Source: Bacteroidales bacterium (GTDB lineage: Bacteria > Bacteroidota > Bacteroidia > Bacteroidales > UBA10428). Taken from it: a DNA stretch of 64,000 nucleotides. The first letter of the stretch is position 1; the number at the start of each line of letters is the position of its first letter. Positions 41,853-52,050 of the stretch are shown here, piece after piece. The position numbers and the translations under genes are program-made. Where the stretch lies: NCBI GenBank assembly GCA_046481675.1, contig JAWOJJ010000102.1:44094-108093 (forward strand). Reading direction: 5' to 3'. Under the pieces are notes generated by a model that saw only the letters and a program-made list of their open reading frames with translations, ran no database searches and was not told the origin of the DNA.

Positions 41853-43598
41853 ATGGATAACAAAGCATTGATCGAGCAGGTCAGAACGCGTGCCGGCATG
41901 TGGCTGAGCGACAAATATGATGAAGAAACCCGTAAAGCGGTAAAAGATTTACTGGAACATAATGAAAATGAGCTGATTGAATGCTTTTACCGGGATTTGG
42001 AATTCGGAACCGGCGGATTGCGGGGTATCATGGGTGTAGGCACAAACCGCATGAATATTTATACGGTAGCTATGGCAACCCAGGGCTTAAGCAATTACCT
42101 GTTGAAGGAATTCAGGGATATTCCCCAAATCAAGGTGGCCATTGCGCATGATTCCAGGAACAACAGCAGGCTCTTTGCCGAAACCACTGCCAATATATTT
42201 TCGGCTAACGGATTCAAGGTTTATCTTTTCGAAGATCTCCGGCCTACTCCTGAGCTGTCATTTGCCATCAGGCATTTCAATTGCCAGAGCGGGGTGGTTA
42301 TTACTGCTTCTCACAATCCGAAGGAGTATAATGGGTATAAGGCATATTGGGATGATGGCGGGCAGATCATTGCACCCCATGACAAGCTGATTATTCAGGA
42401 AGTTCAGTCGATTCAATCGATTGATAAGGTAAATTTCAAAGCAAAACCTGAGCATATTGAAATTGTAGGGGAAGCGGTTGATGATATTTACATCAACCGG
42501 ATTGCCGAACTTACGTTATCGCCTGAGGTGATCAGGAGGCAAAGCAACATGAAAATCGTTTACACGCCGCTGCACGGATCGGGAGTAAAACTGGTTCCGA
42601 TGGTACTCCGGAAGTTTGGTTTCACCAATGTAATTCACGTAGATCAGCAGGACATTCCCGATGGCAATTTTCCTACTGTGCATTCACCCAACCCCGAAGA
42701 AAGCAGTGCCCTTGAAATGGCCATAAAAAAAGCAGAGGAAACAGATGCCGAACTTGTTTTGGCAACCGACCCCGATGCCGACCGCGTTGGCGTTGTTGTT
42801 AAAAACAAAGACGGCCGGTTTGTCATACTTAACGGGAACCAGTCGGCTACCCTGCTGATCAACTATCTGCTTACCCAATGGGCCGCCAATGGAAAGATAA
42901 AGGGGCGGGAATATATTGTTAAAACAATAGTAACTACCGAGCTTCTGGCTGACATGGCAAAGAAATACAAAGTAGCCTGCTATGATGTGTTAACCGGCTT
43001 CAAATACATTGCTGATGTAATTAAGCAATTTGAAGGAAAGGGCACCTTCATCGGCGGAGGTGAAGAGAGTTATGGTTACCTGGCTGGCGATTTTGTGCGC
43101 GACAAAGATGCCATCATGGCGTGCGCACTGCTCTCAGAAGCTGCCGCCTATGCAAAAGACCAGGGCATGACCATGCTCGAACAATTGCTGGAAATATACA
43201 GGGAATTTGGTTTCTACAAAGAGAAGCTGATTTCTGTTACCAAGAAAGGCAAATCGGGTGCCGAGGAAATACAGGAAATGATGAAAAAATTCAGACAGCA
43301 TCCTCCGGCATCAATTAATGGGTCGCCCATAACTGAAGTTATGGACTATCTCGATCCGCAATGCCTGGAGAAAGCAACCCAAAAGAACGGAGGGATCAAG
43401 ATACCCAAATCAGACGTATTACAATTCTTTACAGCTGACGGCACCAAGATTTCAATAAGGCCTTCCGGCACCGAACCCAAAATCAAGTTTTACTTTGGGG
43501 TGAAGGGCCAGATGAATCATCCCGGAGATTACCAAAAGGTGAATGACGCTGCGGACAAGAAAATTGATGACATCATCAAAGAACTAAAGATCAACTGA
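41853..43598 (+). CDS. phospho-sugar mutase (phosphoglucomutase/phosphomannomutase family)
   Basis: Active-site loop [13 protein letters not shown], metal loop DPDADR, GGEESYG, and a C-terminal [10 protein letters not shown]. Confidence 0.92.
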   Translation: MDNKALIEQVRTRAGMWLSDKYDEETRKAVKDLLEHNENELIECFYRDLEFGTGGLRGIMGVGTNRMNIYTVAMATQGLSNYLLKEFRDIPQIKVAIAHDSRNNSRLFAETTANIFSANGFKVYLFEDLRPTPELSFAIRHFNCQSGVVITASHNPKEYNGYKAYWDDGGQIIAPHDKLIIQEVQSIQSIDKVNFKAKPEHIEIVGEAVDDIYINRIAELTLSPEVIRRQSNMKIVYTPLHGSGVKLVPMVLRKFGFTNVIHVDQQDIPDGNFPTVHSPNPEESSALEMAIKKAEETDAELVLATDPDADRVGVVVKNKDGRFVILNGNQSATLLINYLLTQWAANGKIKGREYIVKTIVTTELLADMAKKYKVACYDVLTGFKYIADVIKQFEGKGTFIGGGEESYGYLAGDFVRDKDAIMACALLSEAAAYAKDQGMTMLEQLLEIYREFGFYKEKLISVTKKGKSGAEEIQEMMKKFRQHPPASINGSPITEVMDYLDPQCLEKATQKNGGIKIPKSDVLQFFTADGTKISIRPSGTEPKIKFYFGVKGQMNHPGDYQKVNDAADKKIDDIIKELKIN

Positions 43599-43599
43599 C

Positions 43600-44016
43600 A
43601 TGAAATCATACCGGAAAGAGTTGTGGTTCCAAATCGACACCAGGAGAAAACTGGTGAATATCACACCCCAGGTTCAGCAATGCATCAATGAAAGCGGTAT
43701 CAGGGAAGGACTTCTCCTTTGCAACTCCATGCATATTTCAAGCAGTGTTTTCATCAATGATGATGAATCGGGTTTGCATCACGATTTTGAAGTATGGCTT
43801 GAAAAGCTTGCACCTGAGAAGCCTTATGATCAATACCGGCACAATTCGTTTGAAGACAATGCCGATGCACATTTGAAACGAACCATCATGGGCCGTGAAG
43901 TAGTTGTTGCCATTACCGGGGGAAAAATGGATTTTGGCCCCTGGGAGCAGATTTTCTATGGCGAATTCGACGGCAAAAGAAACAAAAGGGTGCTGGTGAA
44001 GATAATTGGAGAGTAG
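43600..44016 (+). CDS. yjbQ: YjbQ/UPF0047 family protein (secondary thiamine-phosphate synthase enzyme)
   Basis: 138 aa, with [15 protein letters not shown]...WLE, NADAHLK and GPWEQIF. It starts 1 nt after the mutase stop. Confidence 0.8.
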   Translation: MKSYRKELWFQIDTRRKLVNITPQVQQCINESGIREGLLLCNSMHISSSVFINDDESGLHHDFEVWLEKLAPEKPYDQYRHNSFEDNADAHLKRTIMGREVVVAITGGKMDFGPWEQIFYGEFDGKRNKRVLVKIIGE

Positions 44017-44021
44017 CTGTT

Positions 44022-44126
44022 GGCTATTGGCCTTTGGCTCTTGGCTAATGGCTAACGGCTAATGGCTAACAGCTAATAGCTAAAGGCCAACAGCTAACAG
44101 CAAACGGCCAACGGCTAACGGCTATT
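44022..44126. repeat. 15-unit degenerate heptanucleotide tandem repeat (consensus GGCTAAY)
   Basis: The units are ggctatt ggccttt ggctctt ggctaat ggctaac ggctaat ggctaac agctaat agctaaa ggccaac agctaac agcaaac ggccaac ggctaac ggctatt. The array fills the whole gap between the yjbQ stop (44016) and the speA stop (44122-44124). Its left and right parts are also imperfectly complementary. Confidence 0.9.
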
Positions 44127-46014
44127 CCAAATAAGTATACCCATACAACCCCGACCGGTAGGTGGAAAGAAATTCCTTTCCTTCTTCAGCTGTTATAATA
44201 CCGCCTTTTACAGCAGATGTAACCCATGTTTCCACGGTGCGCACCAGTTTTTTCGGATTGTACTGTACATATTCCAGCACTTCCGCAACTGTTTCCCCGT
44301 CGATTACCTGATCAATCTTATAGCCGTCATCATTTACCGAAACGTGAACCGCGTTGGTATCACCAAACAGGTTGTGGAGATCTCCCAGAATTTCCTGGTA
44401 AGCGCCCACAAGAAAAACACCTATGTAATATGATTCTTTGGGCTTAATGGGATGCACGGGCAGGTAATACGAAAAATTCCGGGTAGAAATAAAATTGTCA
44501 ATTTTGCCGTCGGAGTCACAGGTTATATCCTGCAGGGTAGCTGCCCTTACCGGTTTTTCATCGAGCCTTTGAAGCGGTACTATGGGGAATATCTGATCGA
44601 TAGCCCAGGAATCAGGCATGGACTGAAACAGGGAGAAATTGCAGAAATATTTATCCGATAGTATTTTGGGAAGATGGCGCAAATCTTCAGGAGTGTGTTT
44701 GGTCTCGTTGGTCATCTGGTACAACTCGCGGGCTATCGACCAAAAGAGCCTTTCAATCTGGGCCCTCGTTTTAAGATCGAGCAATCCCAGGCTGAACCTG
44801 TCAAGTGCCTCTTCCCTGATCTGCTGTGCATCGTGCCAGGTTTCAAGCATACCGGGCTGGTTCAACCTTTCCCAGAGGGAATACAATTCATGAACCAGTT
44901 CGTGGTCATTCTCGTTAAGTTCATCCTCCTCGTGCCATTCAGGAAGCGTTGTGGTTTCCAGAACTTCAAAAATGAGTACCGAATGATGCGCAGTTAGTGA
45001 ACGGCCGGATTCCGTGATTATGTTAGGGTGCGGTATGTTGTTCCGATCGCTGGCATCTACCAGGGTGGCAATGGAGTCATTTACATATTCCTGCAAACTA
45101 TAGTTTACACTGCTTTCACTGTTTGGCGACCGTGTACCATCATAATCAACTCCCAGTCCTCCACCTATATCAACAAAATCAACATGATACCCATTTTTAT
45201 GAAGTTGTACATAAAATTCCGAAGCTTCGCGCAACGCGATTTTGATCCGGCGGATTTTGGTAACCTGGCTGCCGATGTGAAAATGAACCAGGCGAAGGCA
45301 TTCCTTCATCTTATTTCTCTCCAGGAAATCCATGGCTTCAAGCAGCTCGCTTGAAGTCAGCCCGAATTTACTGACATCGCCACCCGAGTCCTCCCATTTG
45401 CCGCTCCCGGTGCTGGCAAGTTTTATGCGAATTCCAATGTTGGGTTTGATTTTCAGCCTTCGGGATATATTGGCTATCAGCTTGAGTTCATTCAGCTTTT
45501 CCACAACCAGGTATATTCTTTTCCCCATTTTCTGGGCCAAAAGGGCAAGTTCAATATAATCCTCATCTTTATAACCATTGCAAATGATCAGCGAATCACT
45601 GTCGGCATTAATGGCTATTACCGCGTGCAGTTCAGGCTTGGAACCAGCTTCAAGACCGATGTTGAACTTCTTGCCGTGACTCACGATCTCTTCCACAACC
45701 GGCCGCATCTGGTTGACTTTAATGGGGTAAATGATGAAGTTCTGCGCTTTGTATTCATACTCTTTTGCAGCCACTTCAAAGCATTTCGCCATTTTCTCAA
45801 TTCGGTTATCGAGGATGTCGGGGAACCGGATCAACATGGGCGTTGAAACATCTCTGAGAAGCAGTTCATCAACCAGTTCACGAAGGTCAATCTGTACGCT
45901 GTCCTTTTTGGGCGAAACTACAACATGGCCTTTTTCGTTAATGGAAAAGTAATTAACACCCCAGCCTTGTATGTTGTACAGTTCAGCTGAGTCTTCGATC
46001 CGCCATTTTCTCAT
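44122..46014 (-). CDS. speA: biosynthetic arginine decarboxylase
   Basis: 630 aa. N-terminus YNIQGWG..YF.IN..G, IIYPIKVNQ (PLP Lys), and the GGGLGVDYDG motif. Confidence 0.93.
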   Translation of the reverse strand: MRKWRIEDSAELYNIQGWGVNYFSINEKGHVVVSPKKDSVQIDLRELVDELLLRDVSTPMLIRFPDILDNRIEKMAKCFEVAAKEYEYKAQNFIIYPIKVNQMRPVVEEIVSHGKKFNIGLEAGSKPELHAVIAINADSDSLIICNGYKDEDYIELALLAQKMGKRIYLVVEKLNELKLIANISRRLKIKPNIGIRIKLASTGSGKWEDSGGDVSKFGLTSSELLEAMDFLERNKMKECLRLVHFHIGSQVTKIRRIKIALREASEFYVQLHKNGYHVDFVDIGGGLGVDYDGTRSPNSESSVNYSLQEYVNDSIATLVDASDRNNIPHPNIITESGRSLTAHHSVLIFEVLETTTLPEWHEEDELNENDHELVHELYSLWERLNQPGMLETWHDAQQIREEALDRFSLGLLDLKTRAQIERLFWSIARELYQMTNETKHTPEDLRHLPKILSDKYFCNFSLFQSMPDSWAIDQIFPIVPLQRLDEKPVRAATLQDITCDSDGKIDNFISTRNFSYYLPVHPIKPKESYYIGVFLVGAYQEILGDLHNLFGDTNAVHVSVNDDGYKIDQVIDGETVAEVLEYVQYNPKKLVRTVETWVTSAVKGGIITAEEGKEFLSTYRSGLYGYTYLE

Positions 46015-46239
46015 TCTGTGGAATTATTTAAGCTAAATGAATTTTTTTGCAAAAATGCAAATAATTACTACTTAAAAAAAGATATTGTGAAATTATCCTG
46101 CAATCGAGTGGGAAGTGTTTCTTCAAAGCTAAAAAGCAGCCTGCTTCCTTGTAATTATTTAAATCTTTCCTGCTGTTGTATATGGCGCTTTATCATAAAT
46201 GTACTATCTTAGTTTCCAATTTTAACAGATCGATGTGCT

Positions 46240-46617
46240 ATGAAACAATCAAGGATATTGGTGATTGATGATTCCACCACCAATATTGTTTTGCTTGAAG
46301 CAATTCTGGCTGAGAAAGGTTACACGATAGAGACTGCGCTTAACGCTAAAGAAGCATTTTTAAGAATTGAAAAACAGGTTCCCGATCTGATTTTGCTGGA
46401 TTTGCTGATGCCTAAGGTGAGTGGTTTTGATTTTCTGGAACAACTTCGGAAAGATGAAAAAACTAAAAAGACCCCTGTAATTGTTATTTCTGCAATTACC
46501 ACAGATGACGAAAACACCCGTAAAATAAATGACCTGGAAACCGTTGACTTTTTAAGAAAGCCCATTGACATTCAATATTTGGTTACCCGGGTTGAAGAGA
46601 TTCTGAATCAGGAATAA
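46240..46617 (+). CDS. receiver-only (CheY-like) response regulator
   Basis: Contains ILVIDDS, LILLDLLMP, VIVISA and LRKP. All receiver signature positions are present and there is no output domain. Confidence 0.9.
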   Translation: MKQSRILVIDDSTTNIVLLEAILAEKGYTIETALNAKEAFLRIEKQVPDLILLDLLMPKVSGFDFLEQLRKDEKTKKTPVIVISAITTDDENTRKINDLETVDFLRKPIDIQYLVTRVEEILNQE

Positions 46618-46646
46618 GATTCTGATGCACTTTTAAAATGGATGAA

Positions 46647-46671
46647 GCCGGCAAATTTGCCGGCTTTTTTT
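46647..46671 (+). terminator. intrinsic terminator
   Basis: gccggc-aaattt-gccggc followed by ttttttt, 30 nt after the response-regulator stop. Confidence 0.8.
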
Positions 46672-46796
46672 CGTCATTCATTTTCATGTGTTAATCAACA
46701 AAATAGTGTAATTCCTTAACATTTGCGAACATGCCTTACAGGAACTACGTTAATCAGCATACCTATCAAAAACCTGCCTGAAACTCAGATCTTATA

Positions 46797-47162
46797 ATGA
46801 ACACTATGAAGCGGATTTTATTAGTTGATGATAACATCATGATGAGAAAGCTCATCATCAATATGTTCAACAAGCAGGAGGTTACTTTTGATGAAGCCTG
46901 TGATGGCCATGAGGGACTTGAAAAGATAGGAAATACGCTTTATGATCTGGTCATCACCGATATTGTCATGCCCGGTATGGAGGGAATTGAAATGATCATG
47001 CAGGCAAAGCGCAGCTTCCCGGGAATAAAAATCATCGCCATTAGTGGCGGAAAACCGTTTTACTTAACCCTTGCCAAGAAACTGGGCATTCAGGGTATTT
47101 ATACCAAGCCTTTGGAGCGGCAATGCTTTCTTGAAGCAGTCAACAACACACTGCACGCCTGA
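46797..47162 (+). CDS. receiver-only (CheY-like) response regulator
   Basis: Contains ILLVDDN, LVITDIVMPGMEG, IIAISGG and YTKP. There is no output domain. Confidence 0.88.
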   Translation: MNTMKRILLVDDNIMMRKLIINMFNKQEVTFDEACDGHEGLEKIGNTLYDLVITDIVMPGMEGIEMIMQAKRSFPGIKIIAISGGKPFYLTLAKKLGIQGIYTKPLERQCFLEAVNNTLHA

Positions 47163-47269
47163 AACATCTGTGCATTTTCAATTTCAGGTCAGGCAAAAAA
47201 AACTAACAGACAGCATTCATCTCTTTCAGCACCAAACCGGTCCAAAGGCAAGGCAAAAAAGTACGGCTC

Positions 47270-48733
47270 TTACAACGAATTGCCGAAATCTTCCTTGTAC
47301 TTCTTGATCAGCTTTGTGGTCCAGTCACCAATTGGCTCAAGGCGCCCCAGGAAGAACCTCAGAACCGGAGGCTCCTCAACAAACCTCAGGCCGCCAATCA
47401 GGTTGCGATTCTGGTACAGCCAGTTAACCCGGTCAATCAGGAACATGGTTTGTGACAGTGTAAACACCCTTCTGGGAAACGCCAGTCGAAGCAATTCCAC
47501 ATCAGCAAGCACATCATTGCCGTTTTCATCTCTCACGCTGGATATGGTTCCCCGCTCCATGCCACGACATCCCGATGCAATAAACAATGCTGCGGCCAGA
47601 GCACCGGCAGGATATTCCGATTGAGGTACGTGAGGCAGAAAGCCCATGGCATCAATATGACAGCCCAGGGCGCCTGCAGGTGTAACAACAGGTATGCCCA
47701 GCTTTTCGAGTTCTCCAACAGCATAGGCAATGAATAAAGGAGACTGACTGATAACCGTATCATCGGTGGTTTCATACAATCCCACTGCCATTGCTTCTAT
47801 TTCCCTGACCGACATACCCCCGTAAGTAAGAAAACCTTCATATAAGGGAACCAGGTCTCTCATTTTCATGTACAGGTCTTTGTTATCGGTGCAAATTCCC
47901 CCTCCACGGGTGGAACTAACTTTCCGGCTTGAAAAGTAAACAATATCAGCCAGTCCGCACATCTCCCGCAGGATATCTTTAACCGGAGTGTTGCTGAATC
48001 CGGGTTCACGCATTTTGATAAAATAAGCATTCTCACCTATGAGGCTGGCGTCGAGCACTATGATAATGCCATGCTGATCAGCAACGGCTTTCACTTCGCG
48101 CATATTCTGCATGGAGAAAGGCTGACCGCCGATCAGGTTGGTGGACGCTTCCATCCTGATAAAAGGAATGTGATCCGGGCCGTATTGCGCAATCAGGTTC
48201 TTCAACTTTTCAATGTCAATATTTCCCTTGAACGGAACACTGCTTTTGATTTTCAGCGCCTCGTCGGTGTAAATCTCGAAAATGGTACCACCGTTAAGTT
48301 CCATATGCGCTTTAGTGGTGGTAAAGTGATAATTCATGGGTATGGCATCACCTGCTTTAATAAATGACCGGGATATGATATTTTCAGCTGCACGTCCCTG
48401 GTGGGCAGGCAATACATAGTGTTTTCCAAAAACCTCACGCAGTGCTTCTTCCATTTTATAGAAACTCTGCGATCCGGCATAGGCATCGTCGGCCTGCATC
48501 ATGGAAGCAAGCTGATTATCACTCATGGCATTTGTACCCGAGTCGGTAAGCATGTCCAGGAACACATCTTTGGTGTTCAGCAGAAATGTGTTGTAACCGG
48601 CCTCATTAATAGCCGTGTATCGTTCATCTATTTTTTTCAGGTGCAGCTTCTGCACGATCCTTACTTTGTGCAATTCAACAGGTATTTGTTTTCCGCTGAA
48701 AAATTTCACCACAGGCATTCCATTCTGATCCAT
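47270..48733 (-). CDS. tnaA: beta-eliminating lyase family (tryptophanase / tyrosine phenol-lyase)
   Basis: Contains FLDMLTDSGTNAMSDNQ.A.MM..DDAYAGS.SF, IPMNYHFTTT and FIRMEASTNL.GGQP. Substrate (Trp versus Tyr) cannot be decided by eye. Confidence 0.75.
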   Translation of the reverse strand: MDQNGMPVVKFFSGKQIPVELHKVRIVQKLHLKKIDERYTAINEAGYNTFLLNTKDVFLDMLTDSGTNAMSDNQLASMMQADDAYAGSQSFYKMEEALREVFGKHYVLPAHQGRAAENIISRSFIKAGDAIPMNYHFTTTKAHMELNGGTIFEIYTDEALKIKSSVPFKGNIDIEKLKNLIAQYGPDHIPFIRMEASTNLIGGQPFSMQNMREVKAVADQHGIIIVLDASLIGENAYFIKMREPGFSNTPVKDILREMCGLADIVYFSSRKVSSTRGGGICTDNKDLYMKMRDLVPLYEGFLTYGGMSVREIEAMAVGLYETTDDTVISQSPLFIAYAVGELEKLGIPVVTPAGALGCHIDAMGFLPHVPQSEYPAGALAAALFIASGCRGMERGTISSVRDENGNDVLADVELLRLAFPRRVFTLSQTMFLIDRVNWLYQNRNLIGGLRFVEEPPVLRFFLGRLEPIGDWTTKLIKKYKEDFGNSL

Positions 48734-48829
48734 TGCAAAATTTGTTAGTTAATATTTATGTAATAATTATTCAAAAATAACCAGCGATTTTGAAAATTCA
48801 AGAAATAATGAAAGAAATATTCAACTTTT

Positions 48830-48863
48830 TTTGTTCCTGTAAAGAATTGATAATGTAATTTTG
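48830..48863 (+). promoter_or_regulatory. candidate Bacteroidota-type promoter for rocD (TTTG ... TAnnTTTG)
   Basis: A TTTG at 48830-48833 and taattttg at 48856-48863 are separated by 22 nt. This is about 100 nt upstream of the rocD ATG. It is a pattern match only. Confidence 0.3.
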
Positions 48864-48961
48864 TATCCGCAATCCTGCTTTTTATCATTTTATTTGTGAA
48901 TAATAATTCAAATCTTGCGCAATAAAATTCATCATTAGATAACGAAATAAAATTTCAGGAC

Positions 48962-50188
48962 ATGACAACACTTACGAGCCAGGATTATATCCAACTGGAG
49001 CATGAATTTGGAGCACACAACTACCACCCGCTGCCGGTGGTGCTCAAAAAAGGAAAGGGAGTTTTTGTATGGGACGTGGAAGGAAAGAAATACTATGATT
49101 TTCTTTCAGCTTATTCCGCTGTTAACCAAGGGCATTGCCATCCAAAAATAATAAAGGCCCTCCGCAAACAGGCCAAAAAACTTACTTTGACATCAAGGGC
49201 CTTCTATAACGATTGCCTGGGCAAGTATGAAAAATACATTACCGAATTGTTGGGATACGACAAGGTTTTGCCCATGAATTCAGGCGCCGAGGGTGTTGAG
49301 AGTGCCCTGAAACTTTGCCGCAGATGGGCTTACGAAAAGAAAGGCATACCTGAAAATGAAGCCAAAATAGTTGTTTGCGACGGGAATTTCCATGGAAGAA
49401 CCATTACTATTGTTTCCATGTCAACTGATCCTTCTTCATTCAAAGGGTTCGGACCTTTCACACCCGGATTCATTGTAGTTCCCTATAATGATGCAGAAGC
49501 TCTTAAAAAAGCGCTGGAAGACCCCAATGTTGCCGGTTTCCTGGTTGAACCCATACAGGGTGAAGCCGGAGTTTTTGTTCCCGATGCCGGCTATCTGAAG
49601 AATGCATGGGATCTATGCAAGAAGAAGAACATACTATTCATAGCGGATGAAGTGCAAACCGGACTTGCCAGAACAGGAAAAATGCTGGCCTGCAACCATG
49701 AAGATGTCAGGCCCGATATCCTGATTTTGGGTAAAGCCTTGTCAGGAGGAGTGCTGCCGGTTAGTGCCATACTTGCTGATAACGACATCATGCTTTGTAT
49801 TCAACCGGGAGAACATGGTTCCACCTTTGGTGGCAATCCGCTGGCCTGCAAAGTTGCCATTGCTTCCTTAAAAGTTCTTGTTGAGGAAAAACTTGCTGAA
49901 AATGCTGAAAAGCTTGGTGCCATCTTCCGCGAAGAACTTAAAACCTACGAAAGAGATCACGATATGGTAGAGTTGGTAAGAGGAAAAGGGTTGCTTAATG
50001 CGGTAGTGATCAAGCCAAAGAACGGCAAAACTGCATGGGATGTATGCGTGGCATTAATGAATAACGGGCTGTTGGCAAAACCCACACACGACCACATTAT
50101 CCGGTTTGCCCCACCCCTGGTTATTACTGAAGACCAGATTATGGAGGCAGTTGATATCATTAAAGACACACTCGACAGTTTTAATTAG
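48962..50188 (+). CDS. rocD: ornithine--oxo-acid aminotransferase
   Basis: Contains [39 protein letters not shown] and ILGKALSGG (PLP Lys). Confidence 0.92.
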   Translation: MTTLTSQDYIQLEHEFGAHNYHPLPVVLKKGKGVFVWDVEGKKYYDFLSAYSAVNQGHCHPKIIKALRKQAKKLTLTSRAFYNDCLGKYEKYITELLGYDKVLPMNSGAEGVESALKLCRRWAYEKKGIPENEAKIVVCDGNFHGRTITIVSMSTDPSSFKGFGPFTPGFIVVPYNDAEALKKALEDPNVAGFLVEPIQGEAGVFVPDAGYLKNAWDLCKKKNILFIADEVQTGLARTGKMLACNHEDVRPDILILGKALSGGVLPVSAILADNDIMLCIQPGEHGSTFGGNPLACKVAIASLKVLVEEKLAENAEKLGAIFREELKTYERDHDMVELVRGKGLLNAVVIKPKNGKTAWDVCVALMNNGLLAKPTHDHIIRFAPPLVITEDQIMEAVDIIKDTLDSFN

Positions 50189-50200
50189 CACTTTGCAAAG

Positions 50201-50356
50201 AGAGGCTGTCTCAAAAGGCTTGCTATTTATCATTGCGAGGGAGGAACGGCCGAAGCAATCTATTTATTAACAATAGATTGCCTGCCTGCCAGCCAGGCAG
50301 GCTTCACTGCGTTCGCAATGACGTTCCCACTTCATCAGCCTTTTGAGACAGCCTCT
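50201..50356. repeat. 156-bp structured element bounded by a perfect 20-bp inverted repeat
   Basis: The outer arms are agaggctgtctcaaaaggct (50201-50220) and agccttttgagacagcctct (50337-50356). Internal pairings are cattgcga (50231-38)/tcgcaatg (50313-20), gcaatctatt (50255-64)/aatagattgc (50272-81), and gcctgcctg (50280-88)/caggcaggc (50294-302). The element starts 13 nt after the rocD stop and is followed by a T-rich tract. Confidence 0.85.
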
Positions 50357-50496
50357 ATTCTTTTTATAACCTTCTCAAAAAATTATCGTTAAACAATACA
50401 ACCTGATAACCAGCAAGGTGTTTTTTTAACCGCTCATTTGAACTGATCAGCGCTGGTTTGACAGGAGTCGTGCTTAAGGCTTTTAGTTGCTTTTAT

Positions 50497-51909
50497 ATGG
50501 CGTATAAGGTAGTTGTATTTGACGATAAAAAGGTCAGCAAAGAATTGATCTCAGGAATATCCGGGTGTTCCGATAATGCCGGTATGTTCGATTTTGCCTC
50601 GGAAACAACTCCGATCCCGGAATTGGTGGAGTGGCTGAAGAAATCATCTGAAATGCTGGATTCTTCTGAAGAACTTGAACGGATTATCGGAAAAATAAAG
50701 GAAGATCATGAAGTTCTGATAAAGCTCCTGACCAGTTCATCCCATACACCATTTGTTTTTATAGTTATTAAACCCACAGGTGAACTTGAATGGGTTAACG
50801 ATACCTTTGAGCGGATTCACGGGTATAAATTAAGCGATTACCGGGATATTTACGGAAATACCATTTTCTCGCTGGATCCTTCCAGCGAATTATCCAACCT
50901 GTTCAATAAATGCCTGAAGGAATGCAAACCCTGCGAAGGCATCTGTAAGGTAAAATCAAAGAAAGGTGCATTTCACTGGCTCCAGATTTTCATAACACCC
51001 CACCTGGATAAGGACGGAAAGATTGAAGAGCTGATTGCGGTTGAGATCGACATCACCAGCTTTAAAAATAAAGAAGAAGAACTTCATGCTCAAAATGTCA
51101 AGATAAAGGAAATTGCCCGGGTGCTTGAAAAAGCCAATGTCCAACTCGAAGAACAAAAGCAGGAAATCAATGAACAAAAACTTACCATTGAACGGGAACA
51201 GGAAAAATCGGAAACACTGCTGCTCAATATTCTGCCTTTTGAGGTGGCCAAACAGCTGAAATCGAAAGGACGCGCCGGAACCCGATCTTATAAACTGGTC
51301 AGTGTGCTCTTTGCAGATTTCAAAGGATTTTCCAGAATCAGCAAAACCCTTGATCCCAAGGACCTGGTTAACATTCTCGACTCATATTTTGCAACTTTTG
51401 ACGAAATTACCAGCAAACACTATATCGAAAAAATAAAAACGATTGGCGATGCTTACATGTGCGCCGGAGGACTGCCCCTGAGCAACAAAAGTAACCCCAT
51501 TGATGCTGTTTTGGCCGGTCTTGAAATTCAGCATTACCTGAACACCCTCAACGATACCAAAGTCATCAATAATCTACAGGTGTGGGAACTGAGAATCGGT
51601 ATTCACACGGGACCGGTTGTTGCCGGCGTGGTTGGAAAAAAACGTTTTGCCTATGATATATGGGGAGATACGGTAAATGTTGCCAGCCGTATGGAACAAA
51701 GCGGTCATGTAGGGATGGTAAACGTTTCAGGTGTCACTTACGAATACATAAAAGACTTTTTTGAATGTAACAACCGGGGAAAAATTGAAACCAAAAACCT
51801 GGGAAAAATTGACATGTACTTCGTGAACCGCATAAAACCGGAACTATCTGCTGATAAATTCGGAATTCTTCCCAATGAACTGATGATTAACCTGGTCAAT
51901 AAACTCTAG
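50497..51909 (+). CDS. PAS - coiled-coil - class III adenylate cyclase
   Basis: Cyclase core: VSVLFADFKGFS and KTIGDAYMCAGG (metal Asp residues), Lys in KTIGD plus Asp in YDIWGDTVN (ATP-type specificity pair), and NVASRME. A PAS-like segment (ELEWVNDTFERIHGY...FHWLQI) and a heptad-rich linker precede it. The ATG at 50497 is preferred over the TTG at 50458. Confidence 0.85.
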   Translation: MAYKVVVFDDKKVSKELISGISGCSDNAGMFDFASETTPIPELVEWLKKSSEMLDSSEELERIIGKIKEDHEVLIKLLTSSSHTPFVFIVIKPTGELEWVNDTFERIHGYKLSDYRDIYGNTIFSLDPSSELSNLFNKCLKECKPCEGICKVKSKKGAFHWLQIFITPHLDKDGKIEELIAVEIDITSFKNKEEELHAQNVKIKEIARVLEKANVQLEEQKQEINEQKLTIEREQEKSETLLLNILPFEVAKQLKSKGRAGTRSYKLVSVLFADFKGFSRISKTLDPKDLVNILDSYFATFDEITSKHYIEKIKTIGDAYMCAGGLPLSNKSNPIDAVLAGLEIQHYLNTLNDTKVINNLQVWELRIGIHTGPVVAGVVGKKRFAYDIWGDTVNVASRMEQSGHVGMVNVSGVTYEYIKDFFECNNRGKIETKNLGKIDMYFVNRIKPELSADKFGILPNELMINLVNKL

Positions 51910-52050
51910 GCTTTTTATCCTCCATTTCCGGTCATTCATACCCGGATTCAGGTTGTTTATAAAAAACATGAAACGGCAGGTGCGATAAACCGTATTCAGA
52001 GTGTCTGACAAACCCCTTTACTTGCCAAAGGAGATGGCACAATAGCTGTA

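Noticed and set aside
44022-44126. Possible CRISPR array or coding low-complexity ORF in the repeat tract
   Set aside because: The period is 7 nt with no spacers, and there are no cas genes. All frames contain stops (taa/tag within the units). It is a microsatellite-like tandem array.
46043-46054. The palindrome tttttgcaaaaa plus a repeated tgcaaa upstream of speA as an operator site
   Set aside because: It is short, AT-rich and expected by chance in an AT-rich leader. There is no regulator gene or second copy to support it.
50497-51909. Cyclase as a Pycsar- or CBASS-type defence cyclase
   Set aside because: The architecture (PAS, long coiled coil, class III domain with the Lys/Asp ATP-specifying pair) is that of an ordinary sensory adenylate cyclase. 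No cNMP-binding, TIR or TM effector follows. It is retained only as part of a speculative new module, not as a known system.
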